Source: Solirubrobacterales bacterium
GTDB lineage: Bacteria; Actinomycetota; Thermoleophilia; Solirubrobacterales; JACPNS01
Assembly: GCA_049276635.1 (NCBI GenBank)
Contig: JBASWU010000068.1
Location: forward strand, 1-55,185
DNA: 55,185 bases
Reading direction: 5' to 3'
In this document: in pieces, positions 28,021 to 39,080 of the stretch
How positions within the stretch are numbered: the stretch's first letter is position 1
How the letters are laid out: each line of letters begins with the position of its first letter
Translations under genes and position numbers: made by a program
Notes under the pieces: generated by a model
Databases searched by the model: none
What the model was told of the DNA's origin: nothing
Seen by the model: only the letters and a program-made list of their open reading frames with translations

Positions 28021-28607
28021 AGCCGCGGCGACTCCGCGACCAGCGCGCCGCGATGGCGCTCCACCCGCGGCGGTTCAAATCCACAACCGGTCAACGCGTC
28101 GGTGAGCGAGCGTCGCGTGTAAAACCGCAGGTGCGGCGAGAACGGGTCGAAGTGCCGTTCCCAGCCGCCGAATGCCAGCCCGATCCGCGACCAGATCCGA
28201 TGGTCCGGTGTGACGACCAGCAGTCGACCGCCCGGGACCAGCACGCGCCCTGCCTCCGACAGCACCGTCTGTGTGTCGAGCACATGTTCGAGCGTGTCAC
28301 AGCACCAAACCCGGTCGACCGAGTTGTCGGCGAGCGGCAGGCGCTCGCCCGCGGTGGTCTTGCGTAGTTTTGCCGCGGGATTCCGGCGGCCGGCGCGTTC
28401 CAGCGCAACCGCCGACCTGTCGACGCCGAACACGGCGCCGGCCGACAGCAGCAGCGCCGGCAGATACAGACCGTCGCCGCAGCCGAGGTCAAGCGCCGCC
28501 GCACTGCCCGCGGCGAAGACGCTCGCTCGCAGTTCCAGCCAGGGGTCGGGAATCCGCGGCCGGTCGGGAACCTGCCGCCAAATCGAATCGTCGTAATCGC
28601 TCGTCAA
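28017..28607 (-). CDS. Class I SAM-dependent methyltransferase
   Basis: 196 aa. Motif I ALDLGCGDG and post-I/II motifs (VDRVWCCDTLEHV, PGGRLLV). Its stop overlaps the convergent Wzy_C gene stop by 4 nt. Confidence 0.85.
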   Translation of the reverse strand: MTSDYDDSIWRQVPDRPRIPDPWLELRASVFAAGSAAALDLGCGDGLYLPALLLSAGAVFGVDRSAVALERAGRRNPAAKLRKTTAGERLPLADNSVDRVWCCDTLEHVLDTQTVLSEAGRVLVPGGRLLVVTPDHRIWSRIGLAFGGWERHFDPFSPHLRFYTRRSLTDALTGCGFEPPRVERHRGALVAESPRL

Positions 28608-28751
28608 ATCGCCTCGAAGCCGCTGCCGGGTCCTCGCCCGGTACCGTAGTCGGACGGGATACGTAACTCCCGGCGTTGTTCGCGCGCCGCGCGACTTTTC
28701 GCGCTCCCGGTAGTTTCGGAGTATGCGGCGCCGGCCCGCGCCGATCTACAG

Positions 28752-30284
28752 ATGACCCAGCACACGATCGAAACCCCAGCCGATCTCACCGCCGACAGCG
28801 CACCGGCCGGCGACGCGCCGTTTCGCGAAAGCAGCGACGGACGCGACGTGCGAGCCAGGCGTCCGGCGCTGCTCCGGATGATCTTCCGGCGCTCGACGCT
28901 GACCCGTCTGGCCAACACGTTGACCCTGGCGTCGCTCGATCTCATCCTGCTGTTCTCGGCGCTCGTGGCCGCGCTGATCATCAAGTCGGTCGCGATCGGC
29001 GGCGGAGTCGCGCTCGACGCCTCCGTCGATTACGCATACAACGTGCTGCCGTTCGCGGCCCTGGTGATGCTGCTGCTGTTCGCCGGCGACGGGCTCTATC
29101 GGCCGCGCAACGTACGGCCCGGCTCGGCACGCATTCTCGGCTCGATGTTCAAGGTCACGCTGGTGACACTGGCCTTTGCGCTGATCGAGGGTGAGGTCTT
29201 CAACAGCTACTACATCTTCTACTCGACGTTCCTGGTCGCGTCGGCGCTGATCATCTCGGCGCGCTTCGCGTTTGACCGCGCGTCCGAGCGACTCGAGAAC
29301 GCGTTCGGTCACACGCGGCGAGCGGTGATCGTCGGATCCAACGACCAGATCGACGACGTCGTCGCCGCGATGTCCAGCGGTCCGGTCGCGCGCAGCCGGC
29401 CGATCGGCTTCATCTCGCTGGAGCCGCGGCCGGCGAACGGACTGCGCGATCTCGGAAGCCTCGACGACATCGAGGACCATTTCGGCGAGATCGACGAGGT
29501 GATCCTCACCGACCCATACTTCCCGCAGGATCTCGCCGTCGACCTCGTCGACCGCTGCCACCGCGGCGGAATCACGATGCGCGTCGCCCCCTCGACGATG
29601 GAGATCCTGTTTGCCCAGCACGCCGAGTTCGTTCCGGGCGAGACGCTGCCGTTGTTCGAAATCAAGCCGCCGGTCTTCGACGGCACCGACTTCATCCTCA
29701 AGCGAATTTTCGACATCACCGTCGCGAGCCTGACGTTGTTGCTGCTCTCGCCGTTGCTGGTGCTGATCGCGATAGCGGTGAAGCTCACGTCGAACGGACC
29801 GGTGTTGTTTCGTTCGCCGCGCCCGGGCATCGGCGGCGAGTCGTTCGACTGTTTCAAGTTCCGCACGATGCATCAAAATGCGGACGCCCTGCAACAGGAG
29901 CTCGAAGATCTCAACGAGGCCGACGGCGCGCTGTTCAAGATCCGCAGCGATCCACGCCTGACCCCGATCGGCGGGTTCCTGCGCGCATGGTCGCTCGACG
30001 AGTTGCCGCAGCTGCTTAACGTGCTGCGCGCCGAGATGTCACTCGTCGGCCCGCGGCCGCTGCCTCAGCGCGACTATGAGCGGCTCGACGACTGGCACAA
30101 AAAGCGATACCTGGTGCTGCCGGGACTGACCGGGTTATGGCAGGTTTCGGGGCGGTCCGAACTCGACTTCGACGATCTCGTGCGGCTCGACTTTCTATAT
30201 ATCGAGCGCTGGTCGATCTTTCTCGATGTGGTGATCATGCTGCGCACGATCCCCGCGGTCTTCGCGCGACGCGGTGCCTATTAG
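28752..30284 (+). CDS. Polyprenyl-phosphate glycosyl-1-phosphate transferase (WbaP/CpsE-type priming sugar transferase)
   Basis: 510 aa. N-terminal TM bundle and central linker domain. C-terminal bacterial sugar transferase domain (KRIFDITVASLTLLLLSPLL...FKFRTM...DELPQLLNVLRAEMSLVGPRP). Confidence 0.9.
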   Translation: MTQHTIETPADLTADSAPAGDAPFRESSDGRDVRARRPALLRMIFRRSTLTRLANTLTLASLDLILLFSALVAALIIKSVAIGGGVALDASVDYAYNVLPFAALVMLLLFAGDGLYRPRNVRPGSARILGSMFKVTLVTLAFALIEGEVFNSYYIFYSTFLVASALIISARFAFDRASERLENAFGHTRRAVIVGSNDQIDDVVAAMSSGPVARSRPIGFISLEPRPANGLRDLGSLDDIEDHFGEIDEVILTDPYFPQDLAVDLVDRCHRGGITMRVAPSTMEILFAQHAEFVPGETLPLFEIKPPVFDGTDFILKRIFDITVASLTLLLLSPLLVLIAIAVKLTSNGPVLFRSPRPGIGGESFDCFKFRTMHQNADALQQELEDLNEADGALFKIRSDPRLTPIGGFLRAWSLDELPQLLNVLRAEMSLVGPRPLPQRDYERLDDWHKKRYLVLPGLTGLWQVSGRSELDFDDLVRLDFLYIERWSIFLDVVIMLRTIPAVFARRGAY

Positions 30285-30337
30285 CGTTGCCGATCGCCGC
30301 GGCCTCCCGCCACGGCGCGCGGCGAAGCGCCGCGACG

Positions 30338-31276
30338 TCAGCGAGCCAGGCGCTCGACGCCGGCGAGATCGAGGGTCTTCCGCAGACCCTCACGCAACTC
30401 GACTTCAGGCGCCCAGCCGAGAACCTGCTTGGCGAGCGTGATGTCCGGCTGGCGCACCTTCGGGTCGTCGATCGGCAGCGGTTCGAAGATGATCTCGCTA
30501 CGCGACTCGGTGATCTCGATGATCGTCTGAGCCATCTCCAGCAGTGAAAGTTCGGTCGGATTTCCGATGTTGACCGGATCCCCGTAACCACTCTCGGCGA
30601 GTGCGATGATGCCACGAACCAAATCATCGACGTAACAAAACGAGCGCGTCTGCGAACCGTCGCCGAAGACCGTGACCGGCTGCTCCTGCAGCGCCTGGCG
30701 CAGGAAGGTCGGAATCGCCCGGCCGTCGTGCGATCGCATGCGCGGCCCGTAGGTATTGAAGATCCGCACCATGCCGGTGTCGACGCCTTGCTGGCGGCGA
30801 TAGGCCATCGTCAAGGCCTCGGCGTAGCGCTTGGCCTCGTCGTAGACGCCGCGCGGACCGATTGGGTTGACGTTCCCCCAGTAACTCTCGGGCTGGGGGT
30901 GGATTTCCGGGTCTCCGTAGACCTCGCTGGTACTGGCGAGCAGGAAACGCGCACGCTTGAACTTTGCCACTCCCAAGGCGTGATGCGTCCCGTACGCGCC
31001 GACTTTCAGGGTGTGCAGCGGGAGCCTGAGATAGTCGATCGGGCTCGCCGGGGACGCCAAGTGGTAAACGAAATCGACTTCCCCGTCGATGTAGAAAGGC
31101 TGGGTTATGTCGATATTCAAATAAACAAAGTCCGCATCGCGAACATGGGCGATGTTTTCGAGCGACCCCGTTTCGAGGTTGTCAACACAGATAACGCGGT
31201 TCCCGCGCGCCAGAAGCGCGTCACAAAGGTGTGATCCAAGGAATCCCGCGCCGCCGGTTACAACACAAATTGACAT
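30338..31276 (-). CDS. UDP-glucuronate decarboxylase (UDP-xylose synthase)-type SDR
   Basis: 312 aa. [46 protein letters not shown] (YxxxK), [10 protein letters not shown] and [16 protein letters not shown]. Close by eye to the UXS family. Confidence 0.85.
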   Translation of the reverse strand: MSICVVTGGAGFLGSHLCDALLARGNRVICVDNLETGSLENIAHVRDADFVYLNIDITQPFYIDGEVDFVYHLASPASPIDYLRLPLHTLKVGAYGTHHALGVAKFKRARFLLASTSEVYGDPEIHPQPESYWGNVNPIGPRGVYDEAKRYAEALTMAYRRQQGVDTGMVRIFNTYGPRMRSHDGRAIPTFLRQALQEQPVTVFGDGSQTRSFCYVDDLVRGIIALAESGYGDPVNIGNPTELSLLEMAQTIIEITESRSEIIFEPLPIDDPKVRQPDITLAKQVLGWAPEVELREGLRKTLDLAGVERLAR

Positions 31277-31339
31277 GCCGGAGACAACTGTAACGAGGCA
31301 CCCCCCGAAAACCAGTTCAGCAAGCGCGATGCAAGCCTG

Positions 31340-32713
31340 ATGTCGGAAAAAAACAAAAACAGCGGCTCACGAGGGCGTCAATCTCCAGTTGACGCGCGCG
31401 GCGACCTGGAGCAAAACTGGGCGCAGATGACCGCATCGATGGTTTCCTCCGGCGGCGGCGGTCGCCCGCCGCGCCGCAACGGCGGCGGACCGGCCCCGCT
31501 ACCGCTTCCAGACCCGGCGGCGGCCGATGAAGCCGGCGCGGAGCCTCAGCACCTGACACTTTCCGGTAACGAAAAGGGGGAGCTGACCCCGGCCCAGCGT
31601 GCACGCCTCGGTCTCGACCCAAACCCCGGAGCCGAAGCGACTCAGACCCCTGCGGCTGCCGAGCGGGCTTCCACTTCCGCCCCAACCGGGCCGGCGCCCA
31701 CGGCGCCGGCGGCCAGCGAGTTCGATTTCCGCGCGATGGGTTCCGAACCGTCCTCGCCCGAGGCGACCGCGCCGCGCCGCCGGCAGGAGCCGCCGGCCGA
31801 ACCCGAGTTCGCACCGAAACCGCTCCAGACGGCGGCCGACGTCTCGCCTGAGTCGCTGGACGCGGCGACCGACGAACCACGTCTGGCGCCGGTGTCATCC
31901 GAACCACGTCTGGCGCCGGTCAGCCGGCAGGTCGCCCCGGCCGAGCGCGAGGCGCGCGATCATGCCCCCGCTCCGCGGAAGAAGTCCGAAACCGCGCGAC
32001 GCTCACGCAACACCGAGCAGTTCGAGGATGTCAAGCGCGACCGTAACGTCCTGACCTACGGAGTCGCCTGGACTGCCTTCTCCTTCGTAATCACAGGGAT
32101 CATCGCCTTCACCGCCAGCACAAGCGGCGACCCGGGCGCCGCCGCCGGGCCCGGGCCGTTGATCCCGGGAATCGCGTCGATCGCGATCGGCTGGGTGGTC
32201 GTGATCGCGTCGCGGGCGATCGGCCGTTACTGGGGTTTGCTGATGATCATCCCGGCGCTCGTGCTGCTCGCCGGGCCGTACGTCTACAAGAATTACTGGG
32301 CGGGCAGCATCGAGGACGCCGCTCACTCCTATCTGAGCAACCGCGGCACCGGAGTGCTGATCGACGTCGATGCAACGAGCGTCGTCTCGGAGACCGTCAA
32401 CACCGGCCGCGGCTGCTTTGCGATCAATCGCAATCGCAAAACCAACGACACGGAGATCGCCGTCGTCACCTACATCGCCGAGACCGCCCGCCAGCAGGCC
32501 GACTTTGCGATGGCCCCACGCTACGCCGGGCGCATCGGAACCGGCGGCGAACGCTCGACGAACCGTGTTTTCAGCTTCCGCGCGGGCCGCGCGCCGGCGG
32601 TTGTTTCGAGCCCCGGGGTCGCGCCGCTCGACTGCGAAAACTCGGTGACCGCGCCCGGCGCGCGCGCCGGCGTCAATCCGCGCGACGAGGACCAGTCGGA
32701 GCCGCTGAAGTAG
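31340..32713 (+). CDS. Membrane protein of unknown function with a long Pro/Ala/Glu-rich N-terminal region
   Basis: 457 aa. About 230 aa of disordered N-terminus containing a 27-bp-period DNA duplication (gaaccacgtctggcgccggt at 31874 and 31901, EPRLAPVS x2). Followed by 2-3 TM helices and a ~140 aa C-terminal domain. Confidence 0.55.
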   Translation: MSEKNKNSGSRGRQSPVDARGDLEQNWAQMTASMVSSGGGGRPPRRNGGGPAPLPLPDPAAADEAGAEPQHLTLSGNEKGELTPAQRARLGLDPNPGAEATQTPAAAERASTSAPTGPAPTAPAASEFDFRAMGSEPSSPEATAPRRRQEPPAEPEFAPKPLQTAADVSPESLDAATDEPRLAPVSSEPRLAPVSRQVAPAEREARDHAPAPRKKSETARRSRNTEQFEDVKRDRNVLTYGVAWTAFSFVITGIIAFTASTSGDPGAAAGPGPLIPGIASIAIGWVVVIASRAIGRYWGLLMIIPALVLLAGPYVYKNYWAGSIEDAAHSYLSNRGTGVLIDVDATSVVSETVNTGRGCFAINRNRKTNDTEIAVVTYIAETARQQADFAMAPRYAGRIGTGGERSTNRVFSFRAGRAPAVVSSPGVAPLDCENSVTAPGARAGVNPRDEDQSEPLK

Positions 32714-32753
32714 CGCCGCGTCGATCCGACGCCGTTGATCTACGATCACGGCT

Positions 32754-34379
32754 ATGTCCACCACCGAAAACAAGCCGACGATCGCGCCGATCGTCGGCCC
32801 CGACGACGAGCGCCGCTTCACCGACAGCGGCATCGAAGTAAACGTTCTCTACGACGAGTCCGATATCGCCGGCCTCGATCTCCCCGAGCGCCTCGGCAAG
32901 CCGGGCGAGTACCCGTTCACACGCGGCGTACACGGCGAGATGTACCGCTCGCGCCACTGGACGATGCGCCAGTACGCCGGCTACGCCAGCGCACGAGAGA
33001 CCAACGAACGCTTCAGGTACCTGCTCGACCACGGCTCGACCGGCCTGTCGATGGCCTTCGACCTGCCGACCCAGCTCGGCCGCGACAGCGACGACCCGCT
33101 CTGCGAGGGTGAGGTCGGCCGCACCGGCGTGGCAATCGACTCGATCGACGACGTGCGCCTTGTATTCGACGGCATCCCGCTCGACAAGGTGTCGACGTCG
33201 ATGACGATCAACGCGCCGGCCAGCGTCTTGCTGCTGCTGTACGAACTCGTCGCCGAGGAACAGGGCGTCGGCTCCGAGCAACTGCGCGGCACCGTGCAGA
33301 ACGACATCCTCAAGGAGTACATCGCCCGCGGCAACTTCATCTACCCGGCCAAGGCCTCGATGCGCATGACCACCGACCTGTTCGCCTATTGCAAGGAGCG
33401 CGTTCCCAAGTGGAACACGATCTCGATAAGCGGATACCACATCCGCGAAAAGGGCTGCAGCGCCGTCCAGGAGGTCGGCTTCACACTCGCCAACGGCATC
33501 GCCTACGTGCAGGCCGCGATCGACTCCGGTCTCGAGATCGACGAGTTCGCTCCACGGCTGGCGTTTTTCTTCAATGGACACAACAACGTGTTCCAAGAGG
33601 TCGCCAAGTTCCGCGCAGCGCGCAAGATCTGGGCCGACGTGATGCGCAACCGCTTCGGCGCGAAAAACCCCAAGAGCTGGATGCTGCGTTTTCACACCCA
33701 GACCGGCGGCGTCACCCTAACCGCCCAGCAGCCCGAGAACAACATCGTTCGCGTCGCCTTGCAGGGCTTCGCCGCGGCTGCCGGCGGAACGCAGTCGTTG
33801 CACACCAACGGCTTCGACGAAGCACTCGCCCTGCCCTCCGAGAAGGCGGCCAAGATCGCACTGCGCACCCAGCAGATCATCGCCCACGAGAGCGGCGTAG
33901 CCGACACGATCGACCCGTTCGCCGGCAGCTACTTCGTCGAGTCGCTGACCAGTGACATTGAAGACGGCGCGCGTGGCTTGATCGCCAAGGTCGACGAGCT
34001 CGGCGGCTCGGTCGAGGCGCTGACGTTCATCAAGAACGAGATCGAAGAGAGTTCCTTCGGCTACCACAAGCGCTACGAGCTAGGCCAGGACGTCGTCGTC
34101 GGCGTCAACAAGTTCATCGACGAGAACGAGGCCCCGCAGATCGATCTGCTCCGAGTCGATCCGGCCAGCGAGCACGCCCAGGTCGATCGCCTGAAGGCTT
34201 TCAAGGCCGCCCGCGACCCCGTGGAAGTCAGCACCAAGCTCGCAGCGATCGTCACGGCCGCCGCCGGAAGTGACAACGTCCTGCACCCGATGCGCGAGGC
34301 GCTCAAGGCGCACTGCACGATCGGCGAGGTCTGCGGTGCGCTGCGCGACCACTGGGGCGAATTTCAAGAGGATCTCTAA
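32754..34379 (+). CDS. Methylmalonyl-CoA mutase family, large catalytic subunit only (no B12-binding domain)
   Basis: 541 aa. FTRGVHGEMYRSRHWTMRQYAGY, GLSMAFDLPTQLG, GTVQNDILKEYIARGNFIYP (Arg retained as in MCM rather than ICM-type Gln), ISISGYHIREKG. It ends before any DxHxxG cobalamin-binding domain. Confidence 0.88.
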   Translation: MSTTENKPTIAPIVGPDDERRFTDSGIEVNVLYDESDIAGLDLPERLGKPGEYPFTRGVHGEMYRSRHWTMRQYAGYASARETNERFRYLLDHGSTGLSMAFDLPTQLGRDSDDPLCEGEVGRTGVAIDSIDDVRLVFDGIPLDKVSTSMTINAPASVLLLLYELVAEEQGVGSEQLRGTVQNDILKEYIARGNFIYPAKASMRMTTDLFAYCKERVPKWNTISISGYHIREKGCSAVQEVGFTLANGIAYVQAAIDSGLEIDEFAPRLAFFFNGHNNVFQEVAKFRAARKIWADVMRNRFGAKNPKSWMLRFHTQTGGVTLTAQQPENNIVRVALQGFAAAAGGTQSLHTNGFDEALALPSEKAAKIALRTQQIIAHESGVADTIDPFAGSYFVESLTSDIEDGARGLIAKVDELGGSVEALTFIKNEIEESSFGYHKRYELGQDVVVGVNKFIDENEAPQIDLLRVDPASEHAQVDRLKAFKAARDPVEVSTKLAAIVTAAAGSDNVLHPMREALKAHCTIGEVCGALRDHWGEFQEDL

Positions 34380-34442
34380 CCGAGACCGGTAATTCCCCCA
34401 GTGACCGACCACACACTCAGATCGCTCACGGATGCCTGAACG

Positions 34443-34847
34443 TTGAACCAGCCCCCGCAGAACGTCACGTTGGCGTCGGCCTATGCCGCCACCTCGGCCG
34501 ACGCCGCCTGGGACATCGTCAGCGACCCGGCGCAATGGCCAAACCTCTTCCCGGGCTGGCTCGCGCGGATCGCGGCCGACGACGACAGTTTTCACGCCAC
34601 CGGCACAGCCGGAGAGCGCTACGACCTCTATTGGCATCCGTCGGACGACCGCCGATCACTGGATGTGGAGATCGTCGACGAGATGGGCAGCGCCGACGTT
34701 TTGCGGCTGCGGCTGATCGACGCGCGCGGCGGCGGCTGTTTCGTCGTGGTCGCCGCCGGGCGGTTGGCCGGCGTTTCCGACGCCGACTGGCGGCGGACCT
34801 GCGACGCACTCGCCGACGGGGTGCGTAACGTCGGCGCTGCCGTGTAG
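34443..34847 (+). CDS. SRPBCC (START/polyketide-cyclase-like) family protein
   Basis: 134 aa with a TTG start. Typical N-terminal pattern (ADAAWDIVSDPAQWPNLFPGW). Confidence 0.55.
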   Translation: MNQPPQNVTLASAYAATSADAAWDIVSDPAQWPNLFPGWLARIAADDDSFHATGTAGERYDLYWHPSDDRRSLDVEIVDEMGSADVLRLRLIDARGGGCFVVVAAGRLAGVSDADWRRTCDALADGVRNVGAAV

Positions 34848-34886
34848 TTTGCGCGTCATCTCATCTCAACGCCACCGGACGCTCAA

Positions 34887-35360
34887 ATGCCGCTTGCTTT
34901 AACTTTTTACACCTTCGTTGTCGGGCTTCACGTCGTTTTCGCCGTGTCGTTTCTCGGGGCGGCCGGCGCATTCTCGATACTCGGCCCGATGATGCGCGAC
35001 AACCCACAACACGCCCCATTCGGCCTGGCCGTCATGCAAAAGGTCTATAAGGTCGCGATCTTCCCGGGAATCGTGCTCGTTTTCGCCTCGGGGCTTTACC
35101 AGACGATCGACGGCGAGTGGAGCGACGACGCGTGGCTCAACGTCTCCATCGTGTTGTTTCTGCTGATGGCGGCGCTGTCGGTTTTCGTGATCTACCCAGC
35201 GATTAAGACCGCGATCTCCGAACTGGAGAAGAAAGGCGACGCTCCGGGGCCGCCGTCGGCGACGTTCGTCGGCGCCGTCACGAGATTGCGCACTTTCGGC
35301 CCACTGATGGGCGTGTCGCTGATGGTGATCACCTTTCTGATGGTGACCCGGCCATTCTGA
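34887..35360 (+). CDS. Small integral membrane protein (DUF2269-like, 4 TM)
   Basis: 157 aa with four hydrophobic helices and no other motifs. Confidence 0.55.
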   Translation: MPLALTFYTFVVGLHVVFAVSFLGAAGAFSILGPMMRDNPQHAPFGLAVMQKVYKVAIFPGIVLVFASGLYQTIDGEWSDDAWLNVSIVLFLLMAALSVFVIYPAIKTAISELEKKGDAPGPPSATFVGAVTRLRTFGPLMGVSLMVITFLMVTRPF

Positions 35361-35439
35361 ACGCGCTTCGGCGGTCTCTGCATGCAACGTGCAAGCGAGG
35401 ACCGCAGGATTCATCGAACCGAGCTTGAAGCACGGTTCG

Positions 35440-36321
35440 ATGACGACCTTTGAGGTCTCCCGAACACTGGTCAAATCGCCCCCCGAAGTCTGGGCGGAAC
35501 TCGAGCAGGCCGAGCGCCTTGGCGAGCTGCTTGGCGACGAAGCGATCACGATCACGAAGACCGACCCCGAGCGGTCGATTGAATGGGCGGGCGGCACCGG
35601 CCACGGCACGATCGAGATTGAGGGATCGAGCTGGGGCACGAAGGTTCGATTGACCGCGGAACCGATCGACGTTTCCGGGCCGGCCGCCGACGTCGAGACG
35701 GTGTGTGTGGCCGAAGACGACCAAGAACTCGCCGCCGACTCAGAGGAGGTGTCAACGTCCGCGAAAGCGTCGACGCCCGCGGTGACGGAGCAACCCTCCG
35801 AACCGGCACACCCGGACCGACAGGCGAGCGCGATCGTCCAGACCGCAGCGGATGTCGAGATCGAAGCCACGGTCGAAGCAGGGCCGGCCCCGCCGAGTTA
35901 TTGGCGACGCGTGAAAGCGATCTTCGGCGGATCGGCGAAGACGGGTGAACCCGCCGAGGTCGGTGGACCGCCAGAACCCGGCCGGCGGACGGAGGCAGAT
36001 GAATCGGCGGAGCCCGACAGTGCCGGCGACACCGGCGGATCGGCACAGACACCCGCCTCCCAGGAAATCGTCGAACCGGCGGCGCGGACCGAGGAACCCG
36101 CCGAAGCGGGGCCCACGACCCGAACCGAAGAATCCGCTGAAGAGAACTCCAGCACATCCGATCATGTCGTAAGCGGCACCCCCGCGGTGCCGGCGACCCG
36201 ACAGCCGGTCGCCGACTCCGAGCCGGCGCCGCCGAACCACCCGGTCGACCTAGAGCAACGTCTGACCGCCCTGCTTGACCACCTCGGCTCGGCGCACAAG
36301 CGCCCGTTCACCGCGGCCTAG
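35440..36321 (+). CDS. SRPBCC-like N-terminal domain protein with a long acidic Pro/Glu/Ala-rich tail
   Basis: Start at MTTFEVSRTLVKSPPEVWAELEQ. About 85 aa are folded-looking, followed by a ~200 aa low-complexity acidic region. Confidence 0.5.
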   Translation: MTTFEVSRTLVKSPPEVWAELEQAERLGELLGDEAITITKTDPERSIEWAGGTGHGTIEIEGSSWGTKVRLTAEPIDVSGPAADVETVCVAEDDQELAADSEEVSTSAKASTPAVTEQPSEPAHPDRQASAIVQTAADVEIEATVEAGPAPPSYWRRVKAIFGGSAKTGEPAEVGGPPEPGRRTEADESAEPDSAGDTGGSAQTPASQEIVEPAARTEEPAEAGPTTRTEESAEENSSTSDHVVSGTPAVPATRQPVADSEPAPPNHPVDLEQRLTALLDHLGSAHKRPFTAA

Positions 36322-36373
36322 AGGCCACCGGCGTCTCACCGCGGCGTAGCGGGGACGAACGTTCGCCGCGTCC

Positions 36374-37234
36374 TCACGCGCCGCGTCCTCGCTCGCCCGC
36401 CCGGTGCATCGCGTCGAGATCGCTGTCGATCGCGTCGAGATCCTCGCGAATCCGGTGAACCCGCTCGCGCAGCGCCAGGCGCGCGACGGTCGCGTCGTCG
36501 AGCTGGTCGTCGTCGCGCAGCTCGGCCTCGGCGCGGCGCAGCTCCTCGGCACGGGCCTCCTCCATCGACTGGAGCACGATCCCGATGAACAAGTTAAAAA
36601 CCAGAAACGAGGCGAGCAGCGCGTAGCTCACATAAAACGGGATCGCCCAGTCGCTGATCTCTCGCCCGGCGTCGATGAAGTTCGGCAGGTTCTCGAGCGT
36701 CAGCACCTCGAACATCGTCAGCATCGCCTCGCCGATGTTGCCGAACTGGCCGGGATCGTCCTCGGCGAAGATCACCCAGCCGATCATCGCGTACACGTAT
36801 ATGAGCATCACCGAGGCGAGCGCGAGGCTCGAAACCCCCGGGATCGAACGGCCGACGGCGGCGACCACGATCCGCAGGTCCTTTAGTAGTCGCAGCAGGC
36901 GCGTCACTCGCAGCAGTCGCACGATGCGAATCAACGTCGCGTTCTCGCGCAGTCCCGGGATGAACCCGACGGCGACGATCACAAAGTCGAAGATGTTCCA
37001 GCCGCTCTTGAAGAAATCCTGAGGGCGCGGCCAGAAGGCGGTCAGCCGGATCGCCAGCTCGACCACGTAGTAGCCGAAGAACGCCTCATTCAAGGCGTTG
37101 AGAGTCGCGCTGTACTCGCGGTCGACGCTCTCGAACGTGTCCAGCCCGAGCGCGACCGCGTTGGCGAGAATCACCAGGACCGTGACAATGTCAAACCACT
37201 GGGACTCAGCAATCTTTCGCGCGCGCACCACCAT
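36374..37234 (-). CDS. Voltage-gated ion channel, single 6-TM domain (BacNaV-like), with a C-terminal coiled coil
   Basis: Start at [15 protein letters not shown] (ATG at 37232-37234). S4 has Arg/Lys at every third position ([16 protein letters not shown]). Pore region [13 protein letters not shown]6 [14 protein letters not shown]. Confidence 0.85.
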   Translation of the reverse strand: MVVRARKIAESQWFDIVTVLVILANAVALGLDTFESVDREYSATLNALNEAFFGYYVVELAIRLTAFWPRPQDFFKSGWNIFDFVIVAVGFIPGLRENATLIRIVRLLRVTRLLRLLKDLRIVVAAVGRSIPGVSSLALASVMLIYVYAMIGWVIFAEDDPGQFGNIGEAMLTMFEVLTLENLPNFIDAGREISDWAIPFYVSYALLASFLVFNLFIGIVLQSMEEARAEELRRAEAELRDDDQLDDATVARLALRERVHRIREDLDAIDSDLDAMHRAGERGRGA

Positions 37235-37332
37235 TGGTGGGCGATTCTCGCAACGGCGTCGGCGGCCCCGCTCCCGGCGGCCGGCCCGGCGCAGGCGGAA
37301 ATCCGGCGACCGCATATGATCTGCGCCCGCAT

Positions 37333-38895
37333 ATGCGCCAGAAGGTCCCCGAGACATACGAAGAAAAGGCCGAACAGCTCAGCGAGCTCAAGGCCAGCGC
37401 GTTCCACGACGACGTCGCGCGCGAGAAGCAGCATGCCAAGGGCAAGCTCACCGCCCGCGAGCGCATTCACAAACTGCTCGACCCCGGCAGTTTTCAGGAG
37501 GTCGACACCTTCGTACGTCACCGCACCTACGACTTCGGCATGGAGAAGAACCGGCCGTGGGGCGACGCGGTCGTCACCGGGCACGGACTGATCGACGGAC
37601 GCCCGGTCTGCGTGTTCAGCCAGGATTTCACGATCTTCGGCGGCTCGCTGGGCGAGGTCATGAGCGAGAAGATGTGCAAGGTCATGGATCTCGCCGACCG
37701 CATCGGCTGCCCCGTGATCGGAATCAACGACTCCGGCGGAGCGCGCATTCAGGAAGGCGTCGTTTCGCTGGCTTCCTACGGCGACGTATTTGCGCGCAAC
37801 GTCAAGAGCAGCGGCGTGATCCCTCAGATCAGCGTGATCATGGGACCGTGCGCCGGCGGCGCCGTCTACTCGCCGGCGATGACCGACTTCATCTTCATGG
37901 TCAAAGAGACCAGCCATATGTTCATCACCGGCCCCGACGTGATCAAGACCGTCACCGGCGAGGAGACCACCTTCGAAGAGCTCGGCGGAGCGATCACCCA
38001 CAACACCAAGTCGGGCGTCGCCCACTTCGCCGCCGAGAGCGAAGAGGAGTGTCTCGAGGACGTCCGTTACCTGATGGGCTTCCTGCCGCAGAACAACCTT
38101 GAGCTGCCGCCGCGCGTCGCCGCCGACGATCCGGCCGACCGCATGGATCTGTCCCTCGACACGGTCGTGCCGGACAATCCCAACAAGCCCTACGACATGC
38201 GCGAAGTCGTCAAGCGGATCGTCGACGACGAGGATTTCTTCGAGGTCCACGAGCACTACGCCAAGAACCTGATCATCGGTTACGCCCGGCTCGGTGGCCT
38301 CGCCGTCGGCATTCTCGGCAACCAGCCGAGCCAGATGGCCGGCGTGCTCGACATCGACGCCAGCATCAAGGGCGCCCGTTTCGTGCGCACCTGCGACGCC
38401 TTCAACATCCCGATCGTCACTTTCACCGACGTGCCCGGCTTTCTGCCCGGCACCGCTCAGGAGTGGAACGGCATCATCCGCCACGGCGCAAAGCTGCTCT
38501 ACGCCTTCACCGAGGCCACCGTGCCGAAGATCACCGTCGTCACACGCAAGGCCTACGGCGGCGCCTACGACGTGATGGCCTCAAAGCACATGGGCGCCGA
38601 CTTCAACTTCGCCTGGCCGACCGCCGAGGTCGCCGTGATGGGCCCCGAAGGCGCCGTCAACATCATCTACCGCAAGGACATCGCCAAGTCCCCCACCCCC
38701 GAGGAGCGGCGCGAGAAGCTGATGGACGACTACAAGGCACGTTTCGCCAACCCCTACAGCGCCGCCGAACGCGGCTACATCGACGACGTGATCGTGCCGC
38801 ACGAGACACGCCCCAAGCTGATCCACGCGCTCGAGATCCTGCAGAACAAGAAGGTCGCGCGGCCGCGGCGCAAGCACGGGAATATCCCGCTCTAG
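37333..38895 (+). CDS. pccB: Propionyl-CoA carboxylase beta chain / acyl-CoA carboxyltransferase
   Basis: Start at [16 protein letters not shown] (ATG 37333). Carboxyltransferase motifs ([57 protein letters not shown]). Acyl-CoA specificity cannot be fixed by eye. Confidence 0.9.
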   Translation: MRQKVPETYEEKAEQLSELKASAFHDDVAREKQHAKGKLTARERIHKLLDPGSFQEVDTFVRHRTYDFGMEKNRPWGDAVVTGHGLIDGRPVCVFSQDFTIFGGSLGEVMSEKMCKVMDLADRIGCPVIGINDSGGARIQEGVVSLASYGDVFARNVKSSGVIPQISVIMGPCAGGAVYSPAMTDFIFMVKETSHMFITGPDVIKTVTGEETTFEELGGAITHNTKSGVAHFAAESEEECLEDVRYLMGFLPQNNLELPPRVAADDPADRMDLSLDTVVPDNPNKPYDMREVVKRIVDDEDFFEVHEHYAKNLIIGYARLGGLAVGILGNQPSQMAGVLDIDASIKGARFVRTCDAFNIPIVTFTDVPGFLPGTAQEWNGIIRHGAKLLYAFTEATVPKITVVTRKAYGGAYDVMASKHMGADFNFAWPTAEVAVMGPEGAVNIIYRKDIAKSPTPEERREKLMDDYKARFANPYSAAERGYIDDVIVPHETRPKLIHALEILQNKKVARPRRKHGNIPL

Positions 38896-39080
38896 GGCCG
38901 GCCGGCGCTCGCTCATTAGCGCGGGCGGCGACGGCGCGCCCGCCGCCGGGTCCGGCCCGATGAAACTCCGGGCCGATCAAGCCGCGCGATCTTTGTACAA
39001 CCGCAATGCAGGCTTCACCTCGCCGCCGGTAAATTGCGGGTAGTGGTCGTAAATCGAATACGGAAGCCGAGGTCCCCCCA

